Program-made: the position numbers and the translations under genes
Notes under the pieces: generated by a model
What the model was told of the DNA's origin: nothing
Seen by the model: only the letters and a program-made list of their open reading frames with translations
The model's database searches: none
DNA from: Candidatus Spongiisociaceae bacterium
Lineage (GTDB): Bacteria; Actinomycetota; Acidimicrobiia; Spongiisociales; Spongiisociaceae
Assembly (NCBI GenBank): GCA_965262915.1
Contig: OZ253564.1
Location: 3,808,001 to 3,872,000 of the forward strand
DNA: 64,000 nt
Direction of reading: 5' to 3'
Shown here: one piece after another, positions 61,499 to 64,000 of the stretch
How the letters are laid out: each line of letters begins with the position of its first letter
How positions within the stretch are numbered: position 1 is the first letter of the stretch

Positions 61499-63254
61499 GA
61501 ACGTGCGGTTCCACGGACGAGCGGCTGTCCGCGGTGACACCGGTGAAGCCGTAGGCGGTGCGGGCGTGCATTTGGGTGATCTTCCCTTCTTCGAGGTCGT
61601 ATGCGATCAACTCGGCGGACCGATCCTGCGGAACTCCCACCCCTCCGCCCCCGGCCGTGACGTGCCGGAGAACATCACCGTGCTTGATGTCGCGGGTGAA
61701 CTTGGTCGGGAGCAGCACCTCGTCGGGACGGCCGGGGTTGAGGACATTCCAGGACGGACTACCGGGGAGGCCACCGTCGAGGCCGTAAGGGGGATGATCC
61801 CGCCGATCCGAACGTATCGACAGGACCCCCCAGTCCCCGACGAACCGGAGCTGCCGGGCGATGGACAGGCACCCACGGTTGGCGCCCGGACCTCCGGTAT
61901 CGGGAACGAACGAGTACTCATCGACGATGATCGAGTAGTCCCTCTCGATCTGCTCTACGGGGACGTTGGCGAGGTTCGCTCCTAGCGGGCTGATGGCATC
62001 GACACCGTCCTGCGTCTGGCGCGCTCCCCAACCTCCGCAGACGAAATCGACGAACACATGGGACAGGCCGTCGGGATCGACCGTCCCGATCGAGATCATG
62101 GTCGGTCCGCCCTCGCCTGCCGCGAAGCACCGTTCGGGAACCGCCTTGTGGAACGCTCCGATCACGGCATCGATCACCCGGAAGCCGGTGAGCCCGCGCG
62201 CGGCGCGAGGGGCCGGCCGCCTCGGGTTGAGGATGCTCCCCTCCGGAACGGTCACGGTGATGGCGCGGTAGAGGCCGTCGTTGTTGAGTATCTCGGTCTT
62301 GGGCGTCACGCACAGGAAGGCTGCGTAGACCGAGGCTCTCGTGAACGAGGTGGTGGCGTTCAGCGCCGACATTACCTGCCCGGACGTTCCCTCGAAGTCG
62401 ACGTGCAGACGGTCGCCCTGGATCTCGACCCTGGCGCTGATCCGGATAGGGCCGGATCCGAAGCCGTCATCGTCTATGTAGTCGTCGAACGAGTATGTCC
62501 CGTCCGGTAAGCGGGCGATCTCTTCTCGGACGATCCCCTCCGTGTAGGCGAGGATGTCGTCGAAGGTCGCGAGGAGAACCTCGCGGCCGTGTTCCGCCAC
62601 GAGTTTCCGCAGACCTCGCTCACCGACGTTGATGGAGGACAGCTGCGCCCGTATGTCGCCCATCACCATGGCCGGCAGCCTGACGTTCCTGGCGATGATC
62701 GAGGACAGGGTTTCGTTCTCCACCCCCTCCTCGTAGAGCTTCAGGATCGGGATCTGGAGACCTTCTGCGTAGATCTCCCTCGAGTCGACGGCGTTGCTTC
62801 CTGCTACGCGCCCGCCCATGTCCGCATGGTGAGCTATGCAGCCCACCCAGCCGAGGATCTCACCGTCGACGAAGACCGCCTTGAACATGAAGATGTCGGG
62901 TAGGTGCATGCCGCCTTCGTCGGGATCGTTCAGGACGAACACGTCGCCGTCCGAGACGGCGCCCGCATAACGGTGCATGATCCGGCTCAACGCATCCGGC
63001 ATCGCTCCGAGGTGCAACGGAATCGCCAGACCCTGCGCGACGACACGACCGTCCGGGTCAAACACGGCCGTGGAGAAGTCCAGGCTGTCACGCACGACCT
63101 GCGAGTGAGCCGTCCGCACGACCACTACCGCCATCTCGTTGGCCAGCGAGGTGAGGCCGTTGCTGATGACCTCCCGGGTGATGGGATCAACCTCGATGGT
63201 CTGGGGCGTATCTCTCGCCTCTGTCAATTCGCTTACGATGACCATCCGCCTCAC
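61491..63254 (-). CDS. Hydantoinase B / oxoprolinase family
   Basis: DFSTA, HLG, NDP..GG.HLPD, HHADMGG, GGGG.G. Confidence 0.92.
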   Translation of the reverse strand: MRRMVIVSELTEARDTPQTIEVDPITREVISNGLTSLANEMAVVVVRTAHSQVVRDSLDFSTAVFDPDGRVVAQGLAIPLHLGAMPDALSRIMHRYAGAVSDGDVFVLNDPDEGGMHLPDIFMFKAVFVDGEILGWVGCIAHHADMGGRVAGSNAVDSREIYAEGLQIPILKLYEEGVENETLSSIIARNVRLPAMVMGDIRAQLSSINVGERGLRKLVAEHGREVLLATFDDILAYTEGIVREEIARLPDGTYSFDDYIDDDGFGSGPIRISARVEIQGDRLHVDFEGTSGQVMSALNATTSFTRASVYAAFLCVTPKTEILNNDGLYRAITVTVPEGSILNPRRPAPRAARGLTGFRVIDAVIGAFHKAVPERCFAAGEGGPTMISIGTVDPDGLSHVFVDFVCGGWGARQTQDGVDAISPLGANLANVPVEQIERDYSIIVDEYSFVPDTGGPGANRGCLSIARQLRFVGDWGVLSIRSDRRDHPPYGLDGGLPGSPSWNVLNPGRPDEVLLPTKFTRDIKHGDVLRHVTAGGGGVGVPQDRSAELIAYDLEEGKITQMHARTAYGFTGVTADSRSSVEPHVHA

Positions 63255-64000
63255 CTCTTCGATCTGACTACGAGGTTTCCCATATCATCGCGCCTGACGA
63301 TGAACCTCGGCGGGACCACCGTCGTCGCGTCCATATCTTCCACGATCATCGGCCCGTCAACTTCGTCTGCGGGAACTGAAGAGCGCGCCACGACGGGGGT
63401 GGACAGGACACCGTCTTCGTTTCCGAAATAGGCTAGGCGGCTTCCCTCCACGTTGTTGTCGCCGTTGGGCTCCATTGCGAAGATGTGCTCGGCCTTGGGT
63501 GTCCGCACCGTTGCCCGCAGCCGCAAGCTGATCAGCTGGACAGCCTCGGCCGGCGTCGAATGCCCGTAGGTGAGTTCGTGGGCCAGGTGGAAGTCTTGAC
63601 CGGCGTTCCGCAAGTCGCCCTGATCGAGGGCCCGACCTCCCGGTACGGGCACCGACAATTCATGGGCCTGGCCTCGGTAGCGTTGGTCCACGAACCGCTC
63701 GAGGGTGAGATCGCCGACTGACAAACCGGAGGCGATGACGAATCGCTCCGCTCGATCCTCGAGCTGCTCGAAGAGGTTCGAGACTATGTCACCCTTCGGA
63801 TCGTTGGGAAGCTCGTAGGCGACCACGTAATCGTGCCTGAGGTCGGCGACCTGCAGGCCGATAGCGCAGAACAAACCGGGGCTGGCCGGAACGACGACGC
63901 GTTCAACCTCGAAGTGCCGAGCGATCAAGGCCGCATGCATGGGGCCCGCACCGCCGAAGGCAACCAGCATGAAGTTGCGAGGATCGCGCCCCCGCTCGAT
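63251..64000 (-). CDS. Hydantoinase A / oxoprolinase family (partial, runs off right edge)
   Basis: GRDPR, AFGGAGPMHA, RYRGQAHEL, GP.IVE...TTVVPP. Confidence 0.9.
   Translation of the reverse strand: MERGRDPRNFMLVAFGGAGPMHAALIARHFEVERVVVPASPGLFCAIGLQVADLRHDYVVAYELPNDPKGDIVSNLFEQLEDRAERFVIASGLSVGDLTLERFVDQRYRGQAHELSVPVPGGRALDQGDLRNAGQDFHLAHELTYGHSTPAEAVQLISLRLRATVRTPKAEHIFAMEPNGDNNVEGSRLAYFGNEDGVLSTPVVARSSVPADEVDGPMIVEDMDATTVVPPRFIVRRDDMGNLVVRSKR

Overview
High-GC, actinobacterial-looking chromosomal window (leaderless promoters, DUF222/HNH fragment, recC-recB-recD operon; Acidimicrobiia-like is an inference). No rRNA, tRNA or CRISPR array was seen. Core and catabolic genes: an extended histidine-utilisation locus (hutH, IclR regulator, hutU, MttB-family methyltransferase, unknown protein, peptide deformylase, hutF, hutI, FAD oxidoreductase), recBCD, nitrilase, acyl-CoA ligase, nucleoside hydrolase, two copies of a tartrate/isopropylmalate-type dehydrogenase, MFS, serine hydrolase, aminotransferase and hydantoinase A/B. 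These are interleaved with a dense defence/toxin-antitoxin load: McrBC, DUF488-DUF488-OB operon, RusA + REase-HEPN, Abi_2 with a 5' hairpin, MNT-HEPN, PHP-ATPase + AlbA_2, several VapBC pairs, and HigBA/MazEF remnants. Mobile DNA comprises two near-identical IS5 copies and three MITE types. The most striking pattern is one unusual promoter-antitoxin-PIN cassette present as about 10 intact or fragmentary pieces within 27 kb; it sits at gene fusions, truncations and duplications. The second highlight is the hut operon, which lacks hutG but carries a deformylase and two candidate N-demethylases. All alignments were done by eye; family names are from motif recognition, not database searches.
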